A stretch of 64,000 nt of DNA from the human T2T-CHM13v2.0 reference genome, Homo sapiens: the NCBI RefSeq assembly GCF_009914755.1, contig NC_060927.1. One strand, given 5' to 3'. Below, one piece after another: positions 30,730 to 44,366 of the stretch. A program made the position numbers and the translations under genes. How positions within the stretch are numbered: position 1 is the first letter of the stretch; each line of letters opens with the position of its first letter. The notes below the pieces were generated by a model. It was not told where the DNA came from. It saw only the letters and a program-made list of their open reading frames with translations, and did not search any database.

Positions 30730-31750
30730 ACAAAAGTTAAAAGACAATAGATTGGGAGAAAATATTTGCAGTGTATCCTTCAGACAAAGGAAATGTGTAT
30801 AACACTGAATTCTTTGCCAGGCACTGTTTTAAAGCACTTTATGCGTATTAACTAATTTAATCCTTACAGTAACTCTAAAAATACCATTATTATCCCCATT
30901 TTACACATTATGAGGAAACAGATACACAATAGCTAAGCTAAGTAAATTGACCAAGGTTAGATGGCTGGTGAATGGTGGAGCTATCAATCAGACTGGGCAG
31001 ATTGGCTCTAGAGTCCATCCTGTTAACTCTTAACCTACTGTGCTATTATGCCTCTCTATTTATTATGTCCAGATTATATAAATAATTCATACAGACTTAA
31101 AAACAAGAGGCCATTAGAAAAATAAAGGATACGAATAGGCATCTCACAGGAAAGGAAATACAAATGTCCAGTAAACATGAAAATATTGGTAAAGTAAAAA
31201 TTAATCAGGGAAATAAAATTTTAAAACATCAATTTACAAAAAAAGGAAAGTTTATCTCAGTCTTTGGTGAGGGTTTAGGGAAATAAGTATTTTCCTCATT
31301 GTTGTTGTGAGTTTAAATTGATAAAGCAATGTTGGAGAGCATTTTGGCTATATCTGTTAAGAATTTAAATGTCTATACACCATGCATTTTTACTTCTACC
31401 TATTTGCCCTGCATCAACAGTTGTACATTTAGAGAAGAGGCATATACAAAGATATTCAATGTTGCCTTGTTGGTAAAACAGAATAATTGGAGACGACTTA
31501 AATGTACATCGGTAGGAAAATGGATAATATGTTCATACACGTATTCTATAGCAACTAAAAAGAATGAGGTATATCTATGTTATGAAAGGAAAGAACTCCA
31601 GGATGTCTTGTTGGGTAAAAACAGCAAGTTGTAGAATAATATGTGTAGTATCCTGTGTATTGTTTTAAATCTCAAAACATTTTACTTTTCTGCATGTAGA
31701 TGGATAAATACATAAAAAGAGGTCTGAACAGTTGTACAGATAACAGTGAT
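30730..31750 (+). mobile_element. Old L1M fragments with an inserted MIR (~30815-31050)
   Basis: tgggagaaaatatttgca and other L1M motifs; MIR core attattatccccattttac...gaggaaac. Confidence 0.6.
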
Positions 31751-31780
31751 TGCCTCAATGGTGGATAAAGGGAGTTAGCC

Positions 31781-33025
31781 GGTGCTGGGAAAACTGGCTA
31801 GGCATGTGTAGAAAGCTGAAACTGGAACCCTTCCTTACACCTTGTACAAAAATTAATTCAAGATGGATTAAAGACTTAAATGTTAGACCTAAAACCGTAA
31901 AAACCCTAGAAGAAAACCTAGGCAATACCATTCAGGACATAGGCATGGGCAAGGACTTCATGTCCAAAACACCAAAAGCAATGGCAACAAAAGCCAAAAT
32001 TGACAAATGGGATCTCATTAAACTAAAGAGCTTCTGCACAGCAAAAAAAACTACCATCAGAGTGAACAGGCAACCTACAGAATGGGAGAAAAATTTTGCA
32101 ATCTACTCATCTGACAAAGGGCTAATATCCAGAATCTACAAAGAACTCAAACAAATTTACAAGAAAAAAACAACCCCATGAAAAAGTGGGTGAAGGATAT
32201 GAACAGACACTTCTCAAAAGAAGACATTTATGCAGCCAACAGACATATGAAATAATGCTTATCATCACTGGCCTTCAGAGAAATGCAAATCAAAACCACA
32301 ATGAGATACTATCTCACACCAGTTAGAATGGCGATCATTAAAAAGTCAGGAAACAACAGGTGCTGGAGAGGATGTGGAGAAATAGGAACACTTTTACACT
32401 GTTGGTGGGACTGTAAACTAGTTCAACTGTTGTGGAAGTCAGTGTGGCGATTCCTCAGGGATCTAGAACTAGAAATACCATTTGACCCAGCCATCCCATT
32501 ACTGGGTGTATACCCAAAGGATTATAAATCATGCTGCTACAAAGACACATGCACACGTATGTTTATTGCGGCATTATTCACAATAGCAAAGACTTGGAAC
32601 CAACCCACATGTCCATCAGTGATAGACTGGGTTAACAAAATGTGGCACATATACACCATGGAATACTATGCAGCCATAAAAATGGATGAATTCATGTCCT
32701 TTGTAGGGACATGGATGAAGCTGGAAACCATCATTCTCAGCAAACTATCACAAGGACGAAAAACCAAACACCACATGTTCTCACTCATAGGTGGGAATTG
32801 AACAATGAGAACACTTGGACACAGGAAGGGGAACATCACACACCGGGGCCTGTCGTGGGGTGGGGGGAGAGGGGAGGGGGGAGGGATAACATTAGGAGAT
32901 ATACCTAATGTAAATGACGAATTAATGGGTGCAGCACACCAATATGGCACATGTATACATATGTAACAAACCTGCACATTGTGCACATGTACCCTAAAAC
33001 GTAAAGTATAATAAAAAAAAAAAAA
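31781..33025 (+). mobile_element. 5'-truncated L1PA (~1.25 kb), sense to RASA2
   Basis: Near-consensus ORF2 C-terminus (CWENWL...[18 protein letters not shown]...FSLIGGN), G-rich 3'UTR, AATAAA plus poly(A), TSD gagttagcc at 31772-31780 and 33030-33038. Confidence 0.96.
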
Positions 33026-33312
33026 GAGCGAGTTAGCCTTATCTGTAATGGTTTGATTTCCTATAGGGAGTATATTTATATATTATATTATCAAAAGTAA
33101 CTATTTATATAAATGAACTTGATACAGTATTAATCTTAAGCTGTGCCAGTCTCTGTTGCTCTACTTTGGAAGACTATCCTATCTGCAAAACAAGAGTAAT
33201 CAAATGTTAGGTTTTGTAACATTTTGAGTGCTATAGAAGAAATAAAGTCAACTTTTCTGTTAAGTTTTTTGGTAACTTTTGATATAATTTCAAACTTACA
33301 AATTGTAAGAAT

Positions 33313-33576
33313 AGGCTGAGGAGGGTGGATGGCTTGAGCTCAGGAGTTTGAGACCAGCCTGGGCCACATGGCAAAACTCCGTTTCTACAAACGAAAAAAA
33401 AAAAAAAATGCCAGGCATAGTGGTGTGTGTCTTCAGCCCTAGCTATTAATACTTGGAATGCTGAGGCCAGAGAATCACTTGAGCCCAGGAGGTTGAGGCT
33501 GCGGTGAGCTGAGGTCGCACCACTGCACTCCAGCCTGGGTGACAAAGTGAGACCCTGTCTCAAAAAAAAAAAAAAA
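33313..33576 (+). mobile_element. AluJ (5'-truncated)
   Basis: Alu dimer consensus with poly(A). Confidence 0.88.
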
Positions 33577-34654
33577 GTAGAAATAATACAGCAAATTCTT
33601 ATATACTTTGCCTGTTTGACTAATTGTTTATGTTAGAAAAACTTTTTAAAATTTTAATACATTGTTTCAGAGAAATGTGGTAAAAAGGGTCTGAAAATTT
33701 TGGATCCTTTAAAATATGACATTTGTGTGAGTGGTACAGAATTTTAGTTTTGAATTTTACAGTTTTATATAAAATATTCTTGGTAGATGGGGTGAACTAA
33801 TGTTTATTGAGTATTTCCTGGTTTCCAGATGTTGTGTTAGGATACTTTGCAAAATATTTCATGTAATCCAATTTCATGAAGAAGATTGTTATTCCTATTT
33901 TAGAGAAGAAGCAACAGACAGAGGTTATTTGCTCAGGATTGTAAGGGAGCAGAGCCAAGTTTTCAGAAAGTCTTTATGTTACCAAAGCCCACATCCCTTT
34001 CTCTACAAAGCTGCCTGTGAGATGATATATTGGAAGGAATTGATGAATACATTTATGTTGTCAAGAAGTTGATAATTACTCCTAAATTGGCTATGGTCTA
34101 ATGTAGTGGATATTCAATAAAATTATGATGTTTGAATGCCATAAGAATTTATCTTCTGGCCTGTTTTGGGGGTTCATGAATGTAATTATTTTAGCTGCCT
34201 AACTGCTTATGTGGGTTTGTATGTACTTTTGAGTGGTTCTTGGATATGTGTACACACATACATACACACACACAGATATACACATACACACCTTTATATG
34301 CTCATGGGTGTAACTTCTTTATGTGTCTAGGTGTCTTTTTTTTGTGGAGGGGGGGCGAAGATCAATATGAATCCTATTTTGGCCCCCTGGATGCTGTCAC
34401 CAGAAATAACAGCCATATCCCATATATAGCCTGTCCATGTAGCCCTGAGTTCTGCCAGCACCTGGCTTTTTGCCTTCCTTTTGTTTGTCATACCAGGCTC
34501 TCTTGGTCACCTTGGTAGCCTTGCTAAGCTTCTTGTAGCTATAGGTACCATTGGCTTAGCCCAGAAGAGATTCCTGCCATATGTACTTCAGAGTTTGGTT
34601 TGCCACTTGAGGAAGGGGTCTGTAGGGAGCTTGTAGATCAGCACACATTCAAAA

Positions 34655-34745
34655 CTGAAACCGGAAGTGGGCAAGGCAAACCACAGGAAGATCCTGCCCG
34701 CAACTTGGTGACGTATCTATATAACCCATAGACACTTCCTGGCAA
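34655..34745. promoter_or_regulatory. Candidate intronic enhancer (ETS/RUNX/CRE cluster)
   Basis: ACCGGAAGTG at 34660-34669, AACCACA at 34679-34685 overlapping CAGGAAG, TGACGT at 34709-34714, CACTTCCTG at 34733-34741; motif evidence only. Confidence 0.5.
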
Positions 34746-35290
34746 TACCTTGTGAAACTTGCCTTTTCGTGTATAGTAGTTTCCTAACTTCTTGTTCTAG
34801 ACTAAGCTTCAGTGAAAAGTGATTAATATGATAGCAGTGTAGATAACTGTATGATAGTTATTGTGCACATGACTTCCATGCAGCAACTAGCCCCGATTAT
34901 GTTCTGTAGACTTTATCACTGAGGAGTTGCAGTGGTATTTATGCGTTTACTTTGACTTTGTCTTGTCACTAGCCATTGTCTTACTTATGTGTAATTGTAC
35001 TTATATATAGTTCAGGTTTTATACCCACAAAAACCCTTGTGATATAATACCACTATACAGGATTGCCTTATTTATGTGGAATTGTACTTATATATAGTTC
35101 AGGTTTTATAGCCACACACACACACACGAAAAAACAGTTCTTTGCTTCACTGAGTCTCGGCTAGCCACCCAAACTGTGTCATATTCCTAGAGTCCTGTGC
35201 CCACTCAAGTGTTTGCTCACTGGTACTACCTCATTTTATCATAGTGCCTTGTTCTTAGGCAGAACCAGATTTCTGGTAGGAGTTATTTAA

Positions 35291-35578
<288 letters not shown>

Positions 35579-37653
35579 AATGTGTTGTTTTTTTAAAGAT
35601 TACCAATCGAGTGGGATTATAGACTCTTGGATTATTTTACAGATACAAGTCATTTGCCAGGAGTGAGGAAAATTGCTTGACAACTGAGTTATCTCACCAT
35701 GTTAATTTATGCATTGGAAAACTCTGCTTAGTGGTAGATATTCCAGCAGTCACCATATGCCTATTGGTACTATTTCTCATTCTCTGTCTGATTAATGTCA
35801 CAAATGTGTAACTTTCCAGTGGTGTTTTCAAGATGACAGTTAAGGAGCCACTAAGGAAGGAAATAACAGCTACATAACTTTTTTCTTTTCAGTAGTTCTT
35901 GACAGTCCCCCCTCCTTTTTTTGTTTTTGTTTCTTCATACCCTGCAGCAATCTGATGTACTCTGAAGGGGGTAAATTTGAGACTCTTTGGAAGGTCATGT
36001 GTGATAAAGACAGTTCTTCTCTTCCTTTCTCCATTCAGAACTGTTAAAGATAAATCAATGGGAGTGTTTTTTTCTTGTGTAAGATTTATTATATACAAAA
36101 TATTTTTTAAGTGTGTGAAAACTGATTAAATGATAAAGGCTAAGGTAGCATGTTTAAAGCATGGTTTTCTGCTACTTTTCTACTAATCACTTAACCTCTC
36201 TGAGCCTCAGCTTCCTTGTCTACAAATTAGGAATAGTAGTTTTACTAATCATATAGCATAGTTGTGAAAAGGTTAAATGACTCGGTATACTGCCTGGCAT
36301 TTTGTGCTCAGTTAAGTGTTGGTTCTAACATGAGCAGTAGTGATACTCATAAAGTATCTTTTCATAGTTTTCTTAATGGATAACTTATTTGATAGAAATG
36401 TACTGGAGTATTCATACTTACATGTATATCCAGTTCTTGTAGTGTTCATCAGGTTAAACTGGCAATAAGTGTTAATATCTGAAAGCATTAGAAATCAGTG
36501 TTACTCTGTGCTTTTTAAATTTCAAGTGTTGTCTCTCAGATTTTATTTTTTTATTTTTTATTTTTTTTGTCTCTCAGATTTTAGAGCTATAGAGAACCTA
36601 GAAGATTAACTGGCTAAGGAGTTGCAAACTCAAATATACACAGACCAGGTATAATGCAGTAAAGCCCAGCAGAGATTATTATGATTTAGTAAGATACACC
36701 TGTCTGCAGTTTCCACTCAAAATCATTTTGCCAGATTTTGATTATTAAAGAGAAACCAGAAATACAAATTTATTTATTGTTAGCTCTCAGTTTCTAGATG
36801 GTCACAAATTATTTTTTAAATTTGGTGCAGGCCAAACAAATCTCTGGCTAGCCAACCTCAGATTTGTATCCTCATTTTAGAGATGTGGAGCTTGAGGTAT
36901 AAAGGTTGGACGTGTTTCCATGTATTTCCTATAATAGAAATCCATTGATTCTGTAACAAAGGACTCATTTTAAACAATGACCTCCTCTGTTATACCCAGT
37001 TGTTATATTACAGGTTATTTTTGGTCAGGAGCTAATGGCTTGGATGAAGGGAATTGTATATAGATGCTAATTTTTAAGAATGTCTAGCCAAGAAAGGGCA
37101 CTAATAGTTACTATCCATTGAATATTTACTCTGTCTTAGGCATTGTGCCAAGCGCTTTACCTTAGTTAATGCTCACAACAATCTTGAAGCATTATAGTTA
37201 CCTCTTTTTACATAAGAGGTTGAGAGTAAGGACATACAGATAGTTAAATGCAAAGTTCATGTTGAAACGCAGATGTCTGCCTCTGTAATGCATTCATTTA
37301 ACTTGCTATACTATACTAGTACTGTATATGTTTTTATAATTATGCATACCTTTTATCATATTGCAAAAATTGAAATTAAACTTTAGAAGAAAATTTCAAA
37401 GACCTTATGATATATTACCATTATATAGGGTTGTCTTATTTATATGGAATTAGATTGGCACAACAGCATTTTAATTTTACTCTAAACTAGTCAATACCAG
37501 AGACTATATCATATTTTTAAATGTGCATTAGATTCATTCTTTCTCACTCTTTTTTTTTTGTTGTTGTTGTGAATGTAAATGACAAAATGTGCATATTTTA
37601 TATCTTTTCATCTCCTGAAGTTCTACTGTTCTGTTTAGGTTGATATTTCTATT

Positions 37654-37884
37654 ACTGGTTGAGCATTCCAAATTTCAAAGTCCAAAATTCCAAATGCTCC
37701 AGGATGCAAAACTGAGCACCAACATGATTCTCAAAGGAAATACTCATTGGAGCATTTCAGATTTTCAGATTTGGGATGCACAACTGGTAAGTATATATAA
37801 TGCAACATTTCAAAATGTAAAAACATTTGAAATCTGAAATACTTCTGGTCCTAAGCATTTCAGATAAGGGATATTCGATCTGTA
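37654..37884. mobile_element. Tigger4a/MER46-like TcMar MITE
   Basis: ta-ctggttgagcattcc ... ggggatattcgatctg-ta: Tigger-type terminal inverted repeats with a TA duplication, internal aaatgctcca/tggagcattt. Confidence 0.75.
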
Positions 37885-39914
37885 TTAGAACATTATGTCC
37901 TGAGTCATTCAAGCCAGTTAATGCCAAATTCTGTGGATTCTGTCTCCATAGTAGCTCTTCTATTTTTTCTTTCCTCCTATCTCCCTTTGTTACCTTAATG
38001 TAGGCTCTTCAGACTATCAGAGTACTTTTCCTGAAGTATGAACCACACAGAAACTTTTAGCGACCCTTGTTGCCTACTGAATAAAGTTAAACCTTAGCTT
38101 GGCATTTTAGGTTCTCTGTTTGATACTAGCTGTCCTTTATAATCTTTTCCCTCTCATTCCCCCTTCATCTCTCTTTATGCTTTAGTCAGTTTATACTATT
38201 CACTGCCTCCTCGATGGTGCTCTTCTTGTTGCCACCCTCCAGAACTTGTTCATGTTATGCCTTCCTCCTGGAACGTTATCCTCCGATCCCCAATTTCTGT
38301 ATTTTGAAAATATATATCATTCAGAAGAGTTATTGTGAAGATTAAGTAAAATAATATATATGAAGTCAATGAAAAATCTGTGTAATACATGTATTAATTT
38401 ATTCAGTAAGTGGTAGCTATTATTATGATTTGGCTTTCTGTCACCCCAAATAATCCTTAACTTTGGATCATCTTGTCCAGGACCCTGGCTCTTTGCAGTT
38501 TTTCTAGGGGATTAATCCCACTGGGACCCATGTTGGCGCCTACCCTTGTACTTCAGGTAACCTTTGAAGCAGACCTGGACCTACTACATCTCTTTCAGAT
38601 GGGAATAGTTTCTCAGCACAGCTGTATTCAGAAAGACCTTAAGAGTTGAATAGAAAGACTCTAGGCTTTGGAGTTTGATTTATGCCAGATAACCTTACCA
38701 GCTATGTAACTGAATTTTTTTTTCTTAATTTATGAAAGGGAATAGTAATGCTTATCTCACAGGGTTGTCGTACCGATCAAATGAAACATTTGAGAAAATA
38801 TTTAACACTGTCTTGGAGCATCTAACTACTTAATAAATCTTTATCTTCTTTTCTGTCTTATCCCTGTAGTGTCCTCCCCTAGGACATGAAGAAACATACA
38901 TGCAAACCTTCAGGTATAAATGCATGCACATAATCCTCAAACATCCACATAGGCACATAGGTACATACTCACATATGTACATACTCACATACATGAACAG
39001 AAGCATATACATCAGAATCTCTACCTTTGATAGTAGCCTGATATTGGAATTTTTGTCCTAGATAAAATTTATATGGTAGGATTTGAATTTACTGTCTGAT
39101 GACTGTTACATGGAATCATTGATCTTGTACATAGAGAGTTGGCTGTTTTTCCATTTCTGTTAATCTTAACAGTTTTGATTTGATGGTGTTTATCTTTCGC
39201 GCTTTAAACTATTTACTTTTTAACAATATCTAAAAGCTGCTGTTCTATAGTTACATGTCTCTCCTCTTTTTTCAGGTATTTATGCAGAAGTTACTTTCTC
39301 AATGAAGCCTTCCTTGAGCTACCTCATTTCTTGTGGTGCCCATACTTATTAGTATTAGGCCATACATTTTTACTTATTTATCTTATTTGTTGTCGATCTC
39401 TCCATGTGTGTTAGCCTAATAAGGACACAGACTTTTTGTCTGTTTTGCTCACTGTCATATCCTAGCAGCTTAGTAGGTACTCAGTAAATATTTGAATGTG
39501 TGAACTTCAGCACTGGTTTATTTTCAAAACGTCTCTGTATTAATACAATAAAGATTCTTTAAGTGCTTTTGGTAACTGTATACAGGAGACTTTTTAAAAA
39601 ATCTTTGGAGTAGTTGACATAAATCAACTTAAATGAAATGGAAAAAAGAAGTTTACATACAATTTTATGGTTTGTGATGTGGTATTGGAACCTCTTTTTT
39701 GCCCATGCCAAAGTTATATACACACGCATTGATACTTATTCAGCAGCTGTTTCATTATATATTTTATGCTAAGGATGGTGCTAAGAATTGGTCCCCTTCC
39801 TCAAGAAGTTTATAGTTCAGTGAAGAGACAACCAAACTGCTTTTGCTTGGTTGTGTCTCATCTTTACCACCTCAAAACATTAGAGAGCCCTGAGGCTCAG
39901 TCTTCAAATTTCTT

Positions 39915-41015
39915 TTCTATATTTGCTCCCATTGTGATTTTGTATTGTCTCTTGGTTTTGTAAATTTTATGTACTTACTGATGATTCTCAAATTTTTTCT
40001 CTATCTAGGACCCTTTGTCCTTGGACAGATTGTCTGCACTTGGATGTATAAGGCATCTCAGATTTAATATTCAATACAGTCTCTTGAATTTGGTCCCCAA
40101 CAAGAGGCTGTGTCTCTAGAAATAGCATCTCTATTCATCCAGCTGCTCAGACTAAGACTCTTAGAAGTCATTCTTGACTACTCTATTTCTCACACCCTGC
40201 AGTAAATCCTGTTGGCTCCATCTTCAAAATACATGCCCAAATGACCCATTCTCTCCAGACCCGTGTCTGCTCTGCCCCTCCCCTGACCTGCAAGTTTTCG
40301 CTCATTGAGATTACTACAGTAGCCTCCTATCTAGTCACCTGCTTCTACCTTTCCCCTCTGCACTGATTTTAAAACAAAAAATCTTGCCATTTTTATGCTG
40401 AAAATCCTTCAAAACCTTACCATCTGACACACAAAAAAAGCCTAAGACTTTCCCGTGCCTGTAAGACCTTATTTAACCTGTCTCCTCCCATACCCTTACT
40501 CCATCTCTTACTATCTCCTCCCTCTCCCCACTTTGCTTATTGCTTTGTAGCCATACTGCCCTCCTTGCCACTCCTCCAGTGTGCCAAACTATCCTGTCTC
40601 AGGGCCTTTGCACATTTTATTCTTTCTGCCTGTCCGTCTCCTTCCCCAGATATCTGTATGGCTTATACCCTCAATGACTTCCTTCAGGTATCTGCTTAAA
40701 TATTTTAATTGAAAGGCCTTCCCTGCTTCCCTATATAAAATAACATTGACCTCCTCCCTGTCTCTACCCTCTGGGCCTGCCATTCCCTAACTCTCTTAAC
40801 CTGCTTTGTTTTCTTGAATAGCAATAAATATTTATTTCTTCCATGACAATAAATACTATATGCTTATTTAAGAGTTTGTGGTATTTGTCGTCCCTGTATA
40901 TATTGTACAACAGTTTCGTATGGGCAGAGACCTGTTTTTATTCACTGTTATATCCCCAGCACTTAGAACAGTGCCTCGTGTGTTTAGGCACTTAGTAAAT
41001 ATTTGTTGAGTGAAA
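39915..41015 (+). mobile_element. L2 LINE 3' fragment
   Basis: L2 motifs (tctcagggcctttgcac, ttattcactgttatatccccagcacttagaacagtgcct, taaatatttgttgagtgaa). Confidence 0.75.
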
Positions 41016-41559
41016 TGCAACAAGTACAAAACAATATGATCACTGTAGTAGAGATGCAAGGTACAGTAGAAACACATGGGAAAGAGTGACATGACTACAT
41101 AGGAATTGAGGAAGACTTTGCAAAGATGCCCTTAAGCAGAGCTCTTTGGAGAGAAAAACAGGTAGGGCATTTCATACAAAGAAAATAGCATTGCAGATAC
41201 ACAGAGGAATGAGAGAACAGTGTGTTCAAGGAACTAAAATATAGTACTGCTACAGCATAATTTGTGGGGGTAAAGATGAACTAGATGAGGTTGAACATGT
41301 AGTAGATAGCACCTGATCATGGAGGGATGGAGGGTTTTTGTGCCAGACTAAGGAATTTTAGATTTTGTCCTGTCAAGTGGGCAGTGGTAGATAGTGTGAG
41401 CCATTGAAGACTTCTAAGCAAGGGATGTTTTATTTATATTTATTTATACGTGTCTCTGTGTTTGTGTGTGTGTGTGTGTGTACGTATTAAAAAGGTAACT
41501 AGCAACATTGTGAAGGTTGAGTATCAAAGCTAAACACAGCATTTTATTTAAGATATGTA

Positions 41560-42180
41560 TGATTTAGGAAGATATGATGTAGAAAAACAATTACTATCAC
41601 ATGTGGGCGAGAGGATATTTCATTTTATATTTGGACAAAATCATGGATGTATAGTGGGAAGATGTTCTTGGCATACTTGCAGTACATTTGTGAAAGAGAA
41701 GAAATGCACAATGGAGGATTATTCTGTTTGTCTTTGAAAATCCACCCTTTAAGAAAGAAGACTTTAAAAAATTAGTTAACAGTTATGTTGTAAGTCGTAA
41801 TGTACACTAGAAAAGTGCTTAAGGAGTACCAGTTATGAATCAACAAGAAAAGATGTTACAGAATAAAATAAATTGTGCTTGAATGTCAACCTCCTTTCTT
41901 CGTAGAGGAACAGTTGGTTGTCATTGATATACCTCCTGATCTTGATTTATTGTTGAAGGAAATAGTGACAGTTGTACACACAATCAAATCTATACTGTTT
42001 GCTGTGGGAACAATGTATCTGCCTTTGTAGGACAAATGTCTGCTTTTGCATATTGCAGGACTCCGCATGCACAGAATTTTTGAAATGAGGGAGGAACTAT
42101 AAAAACATTTCTTCCTTTCATTCAAATGCAAGTAAAAACCATTTTTATTATTTCAGCTGGCTTGCTTGTGTCATATCTTA
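41560..42180 (+). mobile_element. Decayed hAT-Charlie transposase fragment
   Basis: Translation around 41895-42120 gives ...QLVVIDIPPDLDLLLKEIVTVVHTIKS...LLLHI...RIFEMREEL, resembling the Charlie/ZBED5-type transposase segment after the HCxxH motif; many frameshifts. Confidence 0.6.
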
Positions 42181-42296
42181 GCAATATATTGAATTTCTTG
42201 AATACTTTATTCTTATTAATTTAGGGTCAAACTATGATTTGTGAATTTAAGGATAAAATAGAGGCACCCAAAATGGTGCACACGATTTGAATGTTA

Positions 42297-42635
<339 letters not shown>

Positions 42636-44069
42636 ATTTGGCATTCCAAATTCATGAAAATATGAATACTGTATTATTGAATATATTTTTAAAATTTTAT
42701 CCAAATGCTACAGAAGATGAAGAAATATTTTGTGAAGGTAGATACAACTATATATGGAGTTAAGATCCATTTCCCAAGTTAAAGGATTCCCTTTTTAAGT
42801 GTGCTGCTATTCAACTCACTATCTGATGGAACAATGAAAATAATTTTCAGTGAAAAATTGCTTGGTAATTTCTGTGTCCATGTTTGATCCAGATAGCCAC
42901 GTGTAGCCGGTGGATTTACCCAACCATGATGACCAGTAACTCAAAGTGGGATTTTCTAATTTGTTGGAAACAAAGGTTAGAAAAGAATTGAGATTAGGTG
43001 ACAGCATCAACTCTAGTTAGTTTAAGCAGAAAGAGCTTTAATAAAAAAATTTTAAGTGGCTTACAAAATTGTTGACAAGGCTGAAGAAACAGACTCTAGA
43101 TCTAGAAAAAGCCATGTTGCATCTAGGCCACCAAGAGAGTTATTGCCTCTTTTAGGATCAGAAAGACTTTTGCAGAATTGTGAAACTGTAACTTTTAGAT
43201 GCCTGTCTTAGAACCTTACCACCTCTGCCATGATCAGGAGTCTACTACTGTTAGGAAATAGCCATTAGCAAGCAGCCACCTTCCTCAGTAAGCCGTTGTT
43301 GTTGCTGGCCCTAGAGCCAAGCCCTGCCTACCACAACCTGTACTGCAGAATGGATGCCTTGTGCCTTTCTTAATATTCATGAAATCTGTGACTGAATACT
43401 AGGACTTCAACAAATACTGCTGTGAACATGAACATCTCCATGACAATGTTTGCTAGTAAAACAACCCAAACTCAACCTCCCTTCTCTTCTGTCCTTGAAA
43501 TTTCTAGTGAGTGCATCTGGTTGGTGGAACTTAAATCACATTTACAACTGTAGCCACAAGAGAGGCTGGGAAATGTATTTTTTAACTTTCTCTTCTCTGC
43601 AGCACAGGAAGACATACACTGAAGGAGGTTGAAATGGATGTGAACAGTAATCTACCATATTTACTGCAGGTTTAGAACCTGGTTCTCCTTAAGGCTGGCT
43701 GTCATTAAACGGGCTATAGATAAGTTGAGAAAGTTTATAAATAATACCGTCAAACAATGTTGAGAAACTCATTTGTTTCTTTGTATATTTTTATTGTTTT
43801 ATAATGACTACATTAAAAAAAAAACTAGAATTTGTCCTTCACCTCTATGATGAATTAAGTGGTCTGTGGATACCGAAAGTTTCCTCACGTTTAAGATGTG
43901 GTTAGTGGATAAAAAGACCAAAAGAGGGAGTATAAGAAAAACCCTCATACAAGGTTACCTGAGCTGAGGAAAGGTTAGTGTTGTCAAATAATGAAGAGTG
44001 GTCAAATAAGGTGGGACTGAAAAGCAGTGTTACGATTTGGGCACTTAATATTAGTGGTTTTTTGGGTTT

Positions 44070-44366
44070 TTTTTTTCTTTCTTTACTATTGAGACAGGGT
44101 CTTGCTCTTTTGTCCCAGGCTGGAGTGCAGTGGCAGCTCACTGCAACTCCCATCCCCTGGGCTCAAGCCATCCTCACACCTCAGCCTCCCAAGTAGCTGG
44201 GACCACAGGCATGCACCACCACGCCTGGCTAATTTTTTGTATTTTTAGTAGAGATGAGATCTCACCATGTTGCCAAGGCTGGTTTCAAAATCCTGTTCTC
44301 AAGCAGTTTGCCCACCTTGGCCTCCCAAAGTGTTGGGATTACAGGCATGACCACTGCGCCCAGCCT
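44070..44366 (-). mobile_element. AluJ
   Basis: Reverse Alu dimer. Confidence 0.88.

Noticed and set aside
31750-32801. 143-aa and 172-aa ORFs
   Set aside because: These are fragments of L1 ORF2 in a 5'-truncated, frameshifted copy, not a host gene and not an active L1.
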